DNA of 64,000 nucleotides from Blastocystis sp. Blastoise (Eukaryota; Protista; Bigyra: Opalinata): the NCBI GenBank assembly GCA_039096225.1, contig JBBPEB010000015.1, forward strand, positions 1,054,001 through 1,118,000, read 5' to 3'. Within the stretch, counting starts at the first letter, position 1; the number at the start of each line of letters is the position of its first letter. The notes below the pieces were generated by a model. The model was given only the letters and a program-made list of their open reading frames with translations, was not told the origin of the DNA and did no database searches. The translations under genes and the position numbers were made by a program. This document shows positions 12,839-27,374 of the stretch, piece by piece.

Positions 12839-14132
12839 TTAAGCATGAATAGTTTGAGAAAGACTACATATTTTGTTAGCAGGAAGAGTAAAATGTTTCA
12901 TGACATATCCAGGTTCAATACAAACATAGGATTTATAATCTTCTGGTTCCATATCACCAATAGATGCAATTCTTGTAAAGATATTCCAAACAACAAAATC
13001 AGAAGGAATTTCTTGTCCATCACAAATAAATTCTTTATGAATTTTTCTAATTTGATTCTTTTCAATCAATTCAACATCGTTAGGAGGATGAGCATATTTT
13101 GAATCATATTCAGAAGAAAAATTGATTTGATCATGAGTCTCTATAATGTATCAATATAAAAGAATTCATATAGTTTATATTTTAAAAATAATTAAATTAA
13201 AATAATTAATAAAAAGAAAATAGATTCAATAGATAGATATTTCTAATAAAAATAAAATATTTACCAGTATAAACTTGATGATTCACTTTATCATCTCTTT
13301 CAACACCTTTAAATCCTGTATAAATTATATATATATATATATATATTATTTATATATATATTATTTATATATATATTATTTATATATATATTATTTATAT
13401 ATATATTATTTATATATATATTATTTATATATATATTATTTATATATATATTATTTATATATATATTATTTATTATATTATTTATATATATATTATTTAT
13501 ATATATATTATTTATATATATATTATTTATATATATATTTATGAATATACCTGTAATAGCTATATCATCAATATTATCAATAGAATAATAAGTATGTAAT
13601 AAAGCTTGGAAGTCAAATGGTTTATCATCTGTATTTTCAATAACTAATTTAGTTGTAAGACTAGAATTAGATAATTCTACAATATAATGTAATTGGAACT
13701 TATAATTCCATTCTTTTCTTGTTTCCTCATTATCACTTAAAGCAAGAGTAGCAGTAGCAACATCTCTAACATCATCATAAGAAGTATCTACACAATTCCA
13801 TTGAGAATTTCTCGCAAAACCATGTTTTTTTAAAGGACCCTCTAAAGAAGAAACAAATCACAATAAGATGTATCAATTACAAAAAAAAATAATTCATCAA
13901 AACCATAATAGAAACATTTATAAAAAGGAATAGTTCTTTACATACCATTAGAAAATTGAGGAAACACAACAGGAATACCTCCACGAATTGCAGACCCATT
14001 TTCAAAAGTATTCTTCTTAGATAAATAGAGTTGCTCTCTACCATTAGGTAATTTCCAAGAAATAACAGTAGCTCCATTGAGAGCAATCTTAACACAAGCA
14101 CCAGATTTATGATTAATTACAATATTAGTCAT
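12839..14132 (-). CDS. Glucose-6-phosphate 1-epimerase / aldose 1-epimerase (YeaD-like)
   Basis: GATVISWK, AIRGGIPVVFPQF, HGFARN, ALLHTYY, VVWN, DMEPEDYKSYVCIEPG; 3 GT-AG introns. Confidence 0.92.
13345..13540. repeat. Intronic 17-bp minisatellite (TATTATTTATATATATA)n, about 11 copies
   Basis: Read directly; lies inside epimerase intron 2. Confidence 0.9.
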
Positions 14133-14401
14133 TATTTATTCTATACAAGTATAAAAGAACAATATACTATCAATACAAAAAGAAGTCCTCGTGAAGATTA
14201 TTGGCTAACTTCTTGAATAAACTCAAGATATGGGACCATTTGCTCTTTAGAAAACAGAATTATATATAGGATCACTTTTGAAAAAATGGTCTTTTATTCT
14301 TTTGGGGGAAGTAAATTTTTTTTTATCCTAAGAATTGTATCATCATCTCTTCAATTACCTTCATGTTTTTTTAAGTAATTTTTTTTTGTTTATTTTTCAA
14401 A

Positions 14402-15328
14402 ATGGATTTTCTTGAAGATATTCCTCTTCCCGTTGTTGGAGTTACGTTAATTTGTTTTTATTTTATGTTTTCACCTTTCAGATCAATTGTTATTGATATT
14501 CTCTCTGCTCTTGTTTGTATTTACTACACATACTGCTATTATCAACTGAAAGAAACTAAGGAAGGTAATCTTTCCCCTGAAGAATCTGTTGATAATAATT
14601 CTAAGAGTGAAGAACAAGAACCTGAAGTACATTCTGAAGAAGAAAAAGAAGAAGAGTATAATCCTATTGTTGAAGAACCTGAACATTCTGATAAAATTCA
14701 TTATTCTCTTGAAGAAATGAGAGCTGTTGCTACTCAAACAAATTCTGTTCCTGAATCTGATGGAAGAGAATTTAAAATAGTTCGTAATGAAGTTCCTATA
14801 AGTTCTCCTGTTCCTGAAAAAGAACATCCTACTCCTCGTCCTGTTGAAGAAACTCCTGAACCTCGTGAATATGCTTTCCGTAAACGTACTCCTGCTCCTG
14901 GTCTTCTTGGATCTGCTTTAAGAAGTCATTCTCCTGAACCAGATCATTTTTATCTTCGTGAAACTCCTGATATTTATGAAGGTGATGTTACTGCTTTACC
15001 TAATGAACCATTATCTGGTAAGATTCAATTATTAAATAAGACAAATGGACGTATCCGTTTACCTTATAAGATTAATATGTTAAGAGATGTTTTTTTCCAT
15101 TTTAAAGATTTAGAAATTGATGCTGATGATCACCTTGAAGTAGGAGATACCGTACAATATCAACTTTCTATTTATCAAAATAAGTTGTGTGCTATTCATG
15201 TAAAGAGAGGTATGATTCGTCCTCTTTCTGTACCTGATATGTGTGGAGATATGAAGAAGAAGAGTCAATTAAGTAGATATCTTCAACCTGATGATAATGA
15301 AGAACTTGAAAAAGACTGGAGAAAGTAA
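14402..15328 (+). CDS. Intronless protein: N-terminal hydrophobic anchor, acidic/Pro linker, C-terminal cold-shock (OB-fold) domain
   Basis: Two hydrophobic stretches in residues ~8-47; LSGKIQLLNKTNGRI..DVFFHFKDL..LEVGDTVQYQL..CAIHV fits the CSD pattern. Confidence 0.75.
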   Translation: MDFLEDIPLPVVGVTLICFYFMFSPFRSIVIDILSALVCIYYTYCYYQLKETKEGNLSPEESVDNNSKSEEQEPEVHSEEEKEEEYNPIVEEPEHSDKIHYSLEEMRAVATQTNSVPESDGREFKIVRNEVPISSPVPEKEHPTPRPVEETPEPREYAFRKRTPAPGLLGSALRSHSPEPDHFYLRETPDIYEGDVTALPNEPLSGKIQLLNKTNGRIRLPYKINMLRDVFFHFKDLEIDADDHLEVGDTVQYQLSIYQNKLCAIHVKRGMIRPLSVPDMCGDMKKKSQLSRYLQPDDNEELEKDWRK

Positions 15329-15624
15329 TTCATCTATTTTTACGATATTGATAAGTACAATTTCTTCTTTTCTTTTTCATTTTTTTTTTAACATCTTTTT
15401 TAAATAATGGATATTTATAATATTTTTTTTATAATTCTTCATATCTGGGGTCTTTTTCGTTAAAAGTTTGCTTTCCTTTATGAGTTTGATAACTATCAAA
15501 TTTTATCTTGTTTCGTTGTTTTTCTTTTCTTCATAATCTTTTTTTTCAATACTATAATAGCAAAAAAAAACAGAAGTCACAATAATCCTTTTAAAAACTA
15601 TAATAACAAAACAAAAAATAGACG

Positions 15625-16732
15625 TCACAATAATTTATTCATATTCAATAATATCCATACTAATTTCTTGAATATCTCTTGCAATATCAATAACACGAAT
15701 CAATCTACGTTTTGTTTTAGTAATCACATATCTATAAAGAAAAAAAACATCTATTTTAAAATAAGAATAGCAAATATATACACAGCAGGAGATTCACCTT
15801 CTTTCAATTCAGAGGGTCTATGAATCTATATATAGGAATTATAGATTGAATTATATGTATTTCATAAAAATACATTAATCGAATATTTATAATGTTTCCA
15901 ATCAAACTCAGGAATAACCTATAAAAAAATAATTTGTTTTATTTTAATGAATAATAACTCTTTTAAATAATACATACATCCGACATGAATTCTTGAATAC
16001 GTTCATCATCAGACATTTGAGTTATAATAAAAATATGTCCATCATCACATATACGATCCATTTCTTTCATAAGCTTTAAGACAACTTTAAAGGATCCACA
16101 ATTCAATGCATCCAATGTACCTTTATCAATAACACATTTAAAAGAATGACGACTATGTATAATAAAGTATTAAAAATACATATATATTATCTTTTTAAGT
16201 CAGAAAATAATACGGGTAACTCATCTTCGTAGCATCCATAACTCTATAAGTAACTGGCGCTCTATATAAAAACAAAATAAAATTAACAAAATCATATTTA
16301 TCGTTCAACATACTTAAATTCAATATGATTTCTTAAAGAATCTTTATGAATGGCTTTCATATTACGAATACAAGTACTGGAAATATCAATAGCATCAATA
16401 GAACCTTCATGACTCTTAGCCATATCCTCAGAGATCATAGAATTACCACAACCAACAAATAAAACGTATACTAATTAAGAATACTGAGTGTACTGTAACT
16501 TATAACAACATAATACATATATAATAAAAGAATAATGAAAGGATATCGCATCGTCATTATGAATATATTCATCAAATATAGGCTTAAACGTATCATATCC
16601 ACCATACCATTCGAATATTTCATCCTCTTTGGATTTTATATATCTTTGTTCCCAATAATCATTTGAGGCATAGTTAGAGATATCGTCTGGTGCAAGATGA
16701 TATGTATTTGAGTCTTTCGGTATTTCAGTCAT
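15625..16732 (-). CDS. SAM-dependent methyltransferase, EEF1AKMT4/METTL13-N/ECE2 family
   Basis: YASNDYWEQRY..FEWY, VLFVGCGNS, AIDIS, VMDATKM, VIDKGTLDAL; 6 introns, the first being AT-AC. Confidence 0.9.
16466..16546 (-). other. U12-type (minor spliceosome) AT-AC intron, 81 nt
   Basis: 5' end ATATCCTTT (canonical U12 donor), branch-like TTCTTAAT about 8 nt before terminal TATAC. Removal restores HNDDA|VLFVGCGNS and deletes an in-frame TAA. Confidence 0.9.
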
Positions 16733-17249
16733 CCAAAATAGAAAAAAATAAAATATTATGACCACAAGTTGTTTTTTATATCATTTTTCCAACTTACTTG
16801 TTATGTTAAGATTATTAAAATATAATAATTTTCATGGATGTGTTCTAATGGGTTTAATATACAAGAATATACTATACTATTATATATATGTAGTAAAAGT
16901 GTTGTTCTTTATTCAAAAATAATAAAAATAAATCTTTTTCATGACTTTAGGTATTGTCGCAAACTTAAGAAATGAAGAAACAAGAAATGAAAACCACAGA
17001 TTAGATATGAATATGATTACTAATCGTTAACGAACTGTATTCACTGTTAAAGTAATTGACATATGTCGTTGATTGCACTTTTTCATAGTAAGGAATCTTT
17101 CACTTAATCACTCTTATTATCTATAAAGGTCTGGTGAAATGATTTAGCTTGAATTTTCTAAAATTATTGTAATTTCCATGTCGATTTATGATCGATTCTT
17201 CTAGATCAACCATTATTATTTTCTTAAACTTTAAATGAATTATTAAATT

Positions 17250-17960
17250 TATTGGAGAACATGCCGAATGGTTTTATTTTTTTTCAATAGTATTGTTTTC
17301 TGGATTGTCACAAAACTTATACAAAGAATTATAAATAACTGAATTAATGATGATATGATATACTGATGATTTTATATATGTGCTTTTATGATCATAAGAT
17401 TCAAGTTGCTGTGATGGTTATTAATTATTATGGTCTTCTTTTAGGATTTATGGCCTTTCTGGAATAAATCAAGTTTAGTAAAGATAATTAGTCATAAATA
17501 CCTAGTTGATTCCTATTTTTTATTCAAATAATGACTCATCTTCGCTTATAAAGTGTCAGAACGATCTCTAATTTCTTCATTGTATATGAAATGAATAATA
17601 GATTTGTCTCTATATAAAAACAAATATCTAGTACACAATGTGTTACAATTTCCTTCCTTTTGATTTGTTCAAAGTCCTTATTTATTTCTTATTCAATTAA
17701 AGCAAGTGATACTCAAATACTATAATATCATTTTGAGTATAACAACTTAGAGTTCACCCACAATCAAGCGATTCTTCTTCATCTTTTTCTTTTCTTCTTT
17801 TTATATACATATAAATTCTATTCTCCTTAGTATTTCCTCATTAAAATATCTGCATATATCTTCATATACTACTATTTCATCAATCAATTCTTTCTATCAT
17901 GTTACTAGTCCTATATCTTCTTTATTAACGTGATAATTATCCAATGATATTTCTTGTTTT
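17250..17960 (-). pseudogene. Possible decayed coding sequence
   Basis: Purine-rich, codon-like stretch (QEISLDNYHVNKEDIGLVT**KELIDEIVVYEDICRYFNEEILRRIEF) broken by stops; no family recognised. Confidence 0.2.
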
Positions 17961-18048
17961 TAAATATTTATTTTTTCTTTTATTTTTTCTTTATGTATAT
18001 ATTCAATATCTACGTTGACTTCTTTAGACAATTAAATATAGAGAACAA

Positions 18049-19271
18049 ATGAAATCTTTGTTTTTATGGGTCTTCCTCTTTCTGATCACCACAGTTTTAT
18101 CGTCTGTTGTTCAAGATGGTCTTCTATTTGAATATGTATTCCTTCTCGAGCAATGTCAAAATGGAAAATTCACACCCTATGAATATGTAAACAATACTTC
18201 ATTTGGTGATTTGCTGATTCGATCTTCTGGTTCTTGTCCTCCAAGTAATGGAATACGATTCAATAACACACAGAATTCTGTAGCTGTGGCAAGTGAACGA
18301 TCTATAAGTTCATTTCTGAATCATATTCAGGTAACAAAGACATTCTCCATTGAATTTTGGCAGAAATTCGATGAAAGTTCGTTCTTTGAGGATATCAATG
18401 TTTTTGGATTTGGTCCTGCTATACTAGATAGCAATTATTGTGCTTATTCTTTAAAGTATTCATCAAGTATTGAAACAGGATATATAAATGTTCGTAATAC
18501 AAGAAATCGATGTATTCCAATGCTATATTCATATTCAAGGGATTCCAGCCATTTAAATCATATTGTTATCACATTCAATGAAACAAGAATCAATAGTCAT
18601 TTTGAAGTATTCATATTTATTTATTATTATAAGATTCTTATTCTTATTTTTATTAATTATACTATTATTTTATTTTCTCATAATATTTCATATTTATTTA
18701 TTATTATTAGATTCTTATTTTTATTTATTATACTATTTTTCTTATTTTCTCAAAATATTTCATATATATATTTATTTTATTCTTTTTCCTCCTTTTATAT
18801 CATTATAATAATATATTTTAATATATATATATATATAGATCATAATAAATGGTCAACAAATGTCTTTAACTAATTTTATAAATGATCAATATCTCTCTTC
18901 GTGGACTTCAAATCATATATTTACTATAGGAAATCTGAATATTCCTGAAACTACGATTCAGTCAACTTATGGTGATCTTTATTTATTCCGTTTTTATGAT
19001 CGTGTTCTGAATGATATCGATATATTACATAATAAAAATGAATATCTACCTCTCTCTAAACCTGTTACTTATAATTCTGTATATATATATAGTTTTATTA
19101 TTATTATTTGTATTTCTATTTACTCTTTTTATTACTGACACTATTATATATATTATAATATCTAGTCGTTTTCTCTTCAAGAAGACACAATTTTCCAGTT
19201 TCCCTTTCTTAAAGTAACCTATGATTTCAATGATTATGCACCTTCTGGTCACTTTCATAATCTAGAACAAA

Positions 19272-19307
<36 letters not shown>

Positions 19308-22300
19308 ATTATTATTATTATTATTACTCGTATTATCCATAAATTTAGTGAATATATAAATATACATCTTTTTTATTTATATAGAATACTATATCCCTCA
19401 TTTATTTGATTCTATAGATAACTCTTCTCTCTCTTCCTCTCAAAGGGTTTTTACTCATAAATACTGTCAATATTACTTATGAAGATCTACCCTATACATT
19501 CCCACGGGAATTTAATGGGACATTTATTCCTATTGAGAATGATAATGATGAATATTTTATGTATATTTTATATATATCAAAGATCTGATTTTTTATTGCT
19601 CTATTATGTTATAAATGCTTATTGTATTTATATATATATAGATATGCATCAATTTCTTTATTTATGTGTGATTATTACTATTGTTCTGAAAATGGAAGAA
19701 TTGATTTCTACGTGACTCCTGTCAATGACCCTCCAATCCCTCTAAATCCCTCTTTTTCTGGGGAATATCAACAATATAATCGTCATGAAGTATACAAAAA
19801 ATATTATATATTATATATTATATATTATATATTATATATTATATACATATTCATTTATAGTTTAAAGGATATGACATTGAAAATGATCCTATTACGTCAT
19901 TGATTCTCTATTCTATGTCAGAGAACTGCCTATTCTATACACTTCAAGAAGGAGTCTATATTCCTCAGTCTATAGGAATGAATATAACTACGGTTATTCT
20001 CTATTTCAGATATGATGGTCTACTAGATAAAAAGGATGAATATATATCTATTGTTCACACTTGTGAGTTCTCCTTTAGTCTTTTAGATGATAAAGGAGCT
20101 ATATCTACTCCTACTAATGGATACTTTTATGTATGCTCTTATTATTAGTTATATATATATATATATTTTTTTTGTTATGATATTCTTATTTTGTTATATG
20201 AATATAAATATTGTTATAGTAATAACTGTTATTTTTATTATTAAATAAGTATATATATAATTTAATAATAATATTCTATATATAGGTATTGAATCCATTA
20301 TCAGTATCTTCTTTTCCATCTATTTTATCTGTCAAACAAGATATCTCTCTCTCTTTTCATATTACACAACAATCTGTCTGGAATGATTGTATATATATAA
20401 TTATATATATAATTATATATATATATAGCTTCAGTTACATTTACACTATTATCTCCACCTCGTCATGGATCGTTAACAATTCTTTCTTCTTCTTCTTCTT
20501 CTTCTTCTTCTTCTTCTTCTTCTTCTTCCTCCTCTTCCTTTACTCCAGTTACTACTCTCCTCTATACTCCTTCTCCTTACTATTTTAATTCTCCACTTAC
20601 TTCTAGTATGTCTAAAGAAGATGAGGAATATATAGTGATTCAAGCTATTTCTCATGATGTTCTATCTCCTCCTACTGTTATTCCAATCACTGTTATTAAT
20701 ACTATTGATCCTATACAGTATATATATATATCCTTCATACATATATCAATCATTTTATATTATTTATCTTATTATAATCACATTTATTTATAATTATATT
20801 GATTAATAATCTTATTACTTTGATTATTTTATAACTCTCTTCTTCTTCTCTATAGACTAATCTGTCCAGAATCTGTATATATACCTTATCAGAATCATAC
20901 ATTATTACCTCCAATAACATTAATTGATCATGATCAAGATACACAAACACTTTTAGGTACAATTCGTACATTATCCGGTGTATTTCGTTTATATCCGTAC
21001 AATTCTACACATGACTTGTCTCTGTCCATTATAGCTGGATTCTATGATGGGATGACAGAGGATGTGTCATTCAGTGCTCGAGGAATGGCTACTCATTGGA
21101 ATGAGTTATATTCAAATATCACTTATAAATTATATTATACACAAAATGATACATTGAAAATCTATATTGAGAATTCTAAATATAATGTATATATATATGA
21201 ATTTTATTAAATTATTATTTTTTAACACTATTTATTATAATTATATACTATTTTTAAATATTATTTTTTGAACTCTGTATTAAATGATTGATTGTTCCTA
21301 TTCCTCTAGGCTTCCTGTGTCATCTTTATATATACTGATGCTTCTCAAGTGACTTATACAAATCCGATGACACTTCTCTATGTATTCTACGGAGTATGTC
21401 TTATTATTATGATATGCTGTTTATGCTCTACATGCTATTGTGTATATACTACTCTTTGCTGTTGCTGTAAGAGGAAGAAACAAAAACATAACAATAAGAA
21501 GAATGAAGTACTTATTGACATGAATAATCTAACAAATAAATCTAGTTCATCATCCAATAAACAATCAAAAGATAAGAAAATGAAAGATATATCAACTTCT
21601 GATTCTAAGCATAATCAAAATAAACAGAAAAATGAGGAAATGACTGATAAATATATGGATAATTCTCTTTCTCATGATATGGATGTTATAAAGAAGAATG
21701 ATGGAAACCATACTAAACAAGGGAACAAGAAAGAAATTGAAATGATATCTTTAGAAGAGAATCATGTCTCACATGTAACTTCTTCTTCTTCTTCTTCTCG
21801 TTATAATAATACTGCTATGAATGAAAATTTTACTAATGATATTATTCCTACTGTTCTTTATAGTGACACAGATTCAGATGTTCCTCCTCCTCGAATGTTA
21901 TCTTCTAGTTCTTCATATATATCTAATAATTCTAGTATACAAAATCAAATAAACAATTCATCTTCTTATATACCTAATAATCCAGCTATTCAGAATCAAA
22001 TAGAATTCTCATCTCCATTATTTTTAGGTATACCTGAAAAGAAAAAGAAGAAACATCATCATAAATCAATTCATTCAAAAACAATGAATTCATCTGGAAT
22101 AACAACTTCTTTACCTCTTCACAATACTATTATTTCTCAAGAAAATCATTCAAATAAACCGTTGTCATTGATGGAAGAGATTCAATTGAAAACCAAAAAG
22201 AGACAAGAAAGTTCTATAATGAATTCTTCTGTTATTCCTACAACGATTTCAACATCTATACAATCTACTTCTTTACCAACTACTAGAATAGATAACTCTT

Positions 22301-22362
22301 CATTGTTTCCAATGAATACAAATAAAATAATATCAAAACATAAACATCATCATCACCATTAA
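18049..22362 (+). CDS. Type-I membrane surface protein: signal peptide, LamG/ConA-like domain, cadherin/Ig-like repeats, TM with Cys cluster, Ser-rich tail
   Basis: TFSIEFW, NHIVITF, IINGQ, FTIGN, GDLYLFRFYDRVL (LamG-like); VTPVNDPP, GYDIENDP, PRHGSL..YTP, LIDHD (cadherin-like); TM then CCCCKRKK; 9 GT-AG introns splice in frame. Confidence 0.75.
20485..20528 (+). repeat. Coding (TCT)n poly-Ser tract
   Basis: In frame inside a cadherin-like repeat of the surface protein. Confidence 0.8.
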
Positions 22363-22724
22363 TGATTAAAATACTTTTTTTATTATATTTTAGTTATATA
22401 AAATACTATTTTTTATATAAATAATTTTAATACCTATCAATAAATAAAACAAATATTCTCTCTTTATATAACTAAACCTAATAACTACAGATATACTAAG
22501 ACTTTAAAAATACAATAAAGGATACATCAATAGAAAACTGTTTTTAAAGAATACAAGAAAAGAAGAAAAATGAAAAAAAGAAAAGAGAAAGGAAACAGTA
22601 AAACAATTTCAGAAAACTATAAGAAGAGAAATAAATTAAAAAAGAAATCAATTACGTTCCAAACGAAAATAAATTATTTTATAGAAATCCAAGTTAATCT
22701 AAATAAGGCGCAGCAATAATTCAT

Positions 22725-23048
22725 CTATAATAATTGAAAATCAGATTCAAGTTTGACGATATGTTTTCCAGGAATAATAGTTCTACCGACTCTTCTACGA
22801 ATCTCTTTGTCTTTCTCATTGAAAAAGAGAATTTCTTCAGTTTCAATCATAATGATGTTCATGAAAGAATCAAAACATTGTAGTTTTCCAGATAAAACAC
22901 GACCATCAGAAATGAACACTCGAACTCTCTTTCTAAGGTATGATCGAAGTGTTTGGCAGCTCGGACAATTGTCAAGATTTCCAACAGCAACTTTGACATT
23001 GACTTCTTCATCATTTTGACAAGTTTCAACTTTAGGAGTTACAATCAT
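22725..23048 (-). CDS. NAA38: Sm/LSm-fold protein, most like NatC auxiliary subunit NAA38/Mak31
   Basis: LRSYLRKRVRVFISDGRVLSGKLQCFDSFMNII..RRVGRTIIPGKHIVKLE; the PGxHIV ending is characteristic of NAA38. Confidence 0.75.
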   Translation of the reverse strand: MIVTPKVETCQNDEEVNVKVAVGNLDNCPSCQTLRSYLRKRVRVFISDGRVLSGKLQCFDSFMNIIMIETEEILFFNEKDKEIRRRVGRTIIPGKHIVKLESDFQLL

Positions 23049-24689
23049 TTGTTGTTATTTAATTGAGCAAAAATTTAAATTTAAAAAAAGAATTAACTTG
23101 GAATTTATAAATAAAAAATATGCGTGTTCTTTCTATATCATTTTCATAAAAATAGTTTCATTTGGATAACCTGTTATGGTTGTAGTGATCATAGAAATTC
23201 AGAGAACTACTATCGATTACGTAATCAATTGGATCCGATGTTTTCAGTATTGGTCGTCATTTTGGATTGGAGAACCACTTTTGAAAGAAAAATGGATGGA
23301 TATAAATTATGTTGAGAAAAATAGACCAATAATATGATGCCAACGCAATTTCGTGCATCCAATAGGATGATGGAGTCTTGTCTCATGTTTCATTTCACCT
23401 TTTTTTGAGTCATACACTAAGAACGGTACTGACACTATTCTAAGTCATTCTTCAAATAGGTTCGATGTATTGCAAAATAAGTCAGTTGTACTGAAGTGAA
23501 GAAAGTAGTTCTTAACTCTTTTTTTTTGTGTACTGACTTGATTCCTTATTGTTTCCAAATCCATGTATTTCAGTGAGGAGGAAACATGAGAAGATATATA
23601 TTTGTATATGAAACAATTAGTTATTATTATAGATTGGAATAGGATTCTTGATGTTTTTTCTCTTTATCTACATGTATTTTGGTTATGAAAAGGTTATAGG
23701 AGTGAGGTTACACCATTAAAGTTAATTTATTCATAATCTTCTGAAATTTTACATAATAAAAAGAAATACTAAAAAGAAGAATTTTGCTTAATATTGGTTG
23801 ATTGGCTTTGTAAAATAAGCTAGTAACATGTTGGTGATATAGTAGGTATATATGGCTTATTGAGAGGAATAGAAATATGATTTTTAGAGAGATATTTTTG
23901 ATGTAATTGTGTTAATTGGTTGAATGATAGTGATTCTGTTTTTGTTTATTGATTCTTTTATGTGACATATAATCTTAGAATATAAGAAGATGGTTTCTAG
24001 AATGAAATAAACTTTTTTTGGAGATATAATTGTTAATGAAAAAGAATTCGATATTCTAATAGTAGATTGGTTTTAGTATAAGATATATCATTGAGTAGTT
24101 GTTTGCTGATGATTCTAGAATATTCTCATGTTAGAAAGATATATTTCAAGTGGCTTAATTGAACATTTTGTTCAAGTAAGTGTTTAAAGAATAGATTTCT
24201 GCATCGCTATTCATTCTATAAGTATAATAGAGTATTCACATATATATAAATATAAGTTATCCTTGTGAATGATGAAGAAAAGAAGAACTGAAATCTTCAA
24301 AAGATTCCAGTTTTTATCAAGTCAAATACTATTGAGATACAGTGGAAATATCCAAAAGAAACGTCTTCTTCCTCAAAATAATTCAACTGTAAGACGTCTT
24401 CCACTAGTCATAACAACGTCGTCATGAAATAAATGACAACGTTTGACTAAGAATCCAATTATTCTTCGAAAGAACTCTAGATATAGAATTGAACCCTTTT
24501 TCTTTTTATAGAAAAAAAATCATATAATAAAGCAACTATTTATAATGGAAGTATTTTGAAAACATTAAAATAGAATTATACACAAAAAAAAAACTAGTAA
24601 CAGTGAATATGTATAAAAAACATAAAAAAAAACATAATAATAATGGAGATGTATGATACAGTATTAGGACTTATTGTGTATGAATGTGA

Positions 24690-26167
<1,478 letters not shown>

Positions 26168-26620
26168 GTGTATGATTGTTTTGATATTTATATCTAAATA
26201 TATATATATATGAATTCATGAACAACTCAATTTTATATATTTCAATTCAAAAAGATACTTGAATATAGTTTAGTGCTTTCTTTTTTAAAAAGAAATATAT
26301 GTTTCTTTTCTGTGGTGTTTTTCTTTTTTTATAATAAGAATAGAGACAGTTTCTTTTTATTATATTCTAGTTCAAAAAAGAAATATAATTATTCAAAATT
26401 GAGAATAATAGGAATACTAGAAACAACATAACAATATATAGAATTATGTATATGAATATATACATGAAAAACATTTTTTTTAAACGTTAAGAAACATTTT
26501 ATACATATATATATTTGAGAAGAAAAGCTAGATAAAACTTCTTATATTAACAACAAAAAAATAAATTTTATTTAAAAAATAAAAAGAGAGAAAGAGAAAT
26601 AAATATAAAAATAATAATAT

Positions 26621-27277
26621 TTAAGGCATTTCACCAACACCTCTAGCAAGTTTATAAGTAGTTCTTTCAACTTCTTTAGCTAACCATAGAGCGTGTTCTT
26701 TCGTATCTGCTTCAGCATAGACACGAACAACATTTTCAGTTCCTGACGGTCTGACGAAAGAACGACCGTGAGGTACTTGCTTAACTAATTCATCTATAGC
26801 TTCTTGAATACCTGCAGGCTCTAAACATCTAGTTTCATCATCATTATTCTTAAAGATAGAACGATCTTCTACTTTAACTACAGAATTCACACTAGGAAGA
26901 TCCGTATACATATTGATCCAGTCATCAAGAGTGATATTTGTAGTCGATAAAATAGCTTCAACGAAAAGACTATCTGAAAGAGCGTCACCAACAGCTTGAT
27001 TCACAAGTTCAGAAGCAGCTATAATATTATTCTTAGCATGTATTTGAACTTCCTATATATATATATATATATAGGTTAATAGAATATTTTAAAAAATATA
27101 AGAAGATTATAATATGTATATATTATTATGTATATACAGTAAGAGTAGAATTATCTAAACTCTTTAATTCATTAAGGAAAGTATCTTTGAATAAGACGGT
27201 ACCGTGACCATTAGCTTCAAAATACATACCAATATCAAATTGATGAGCCTTAGGGTGAAGATTCTTAACCTATAGGG

Positions 27278-27374
<97 letters not shown>

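Noticed and set aside
13316-13320. TACAG at the epimerase intron 2 acceptor echoing the upstream exon end
   Set aside because: It is a canonical CAG acceptor and too easily chance to count among the exon-echo cases.
19385-19417. Possible micro-exon plus ATATCCCT..AG minor intron in the surface-protein gene
   Set aside because: The donor is imperfect, the intron would be only 27 nt, and a single GT-AG intron to 19417 already gives a good frame.
23408-23480. tRNA-like spacing of GGTA and GGTTCGA
   Set aside because: The acceptor, anticodon and T stems do not pair.
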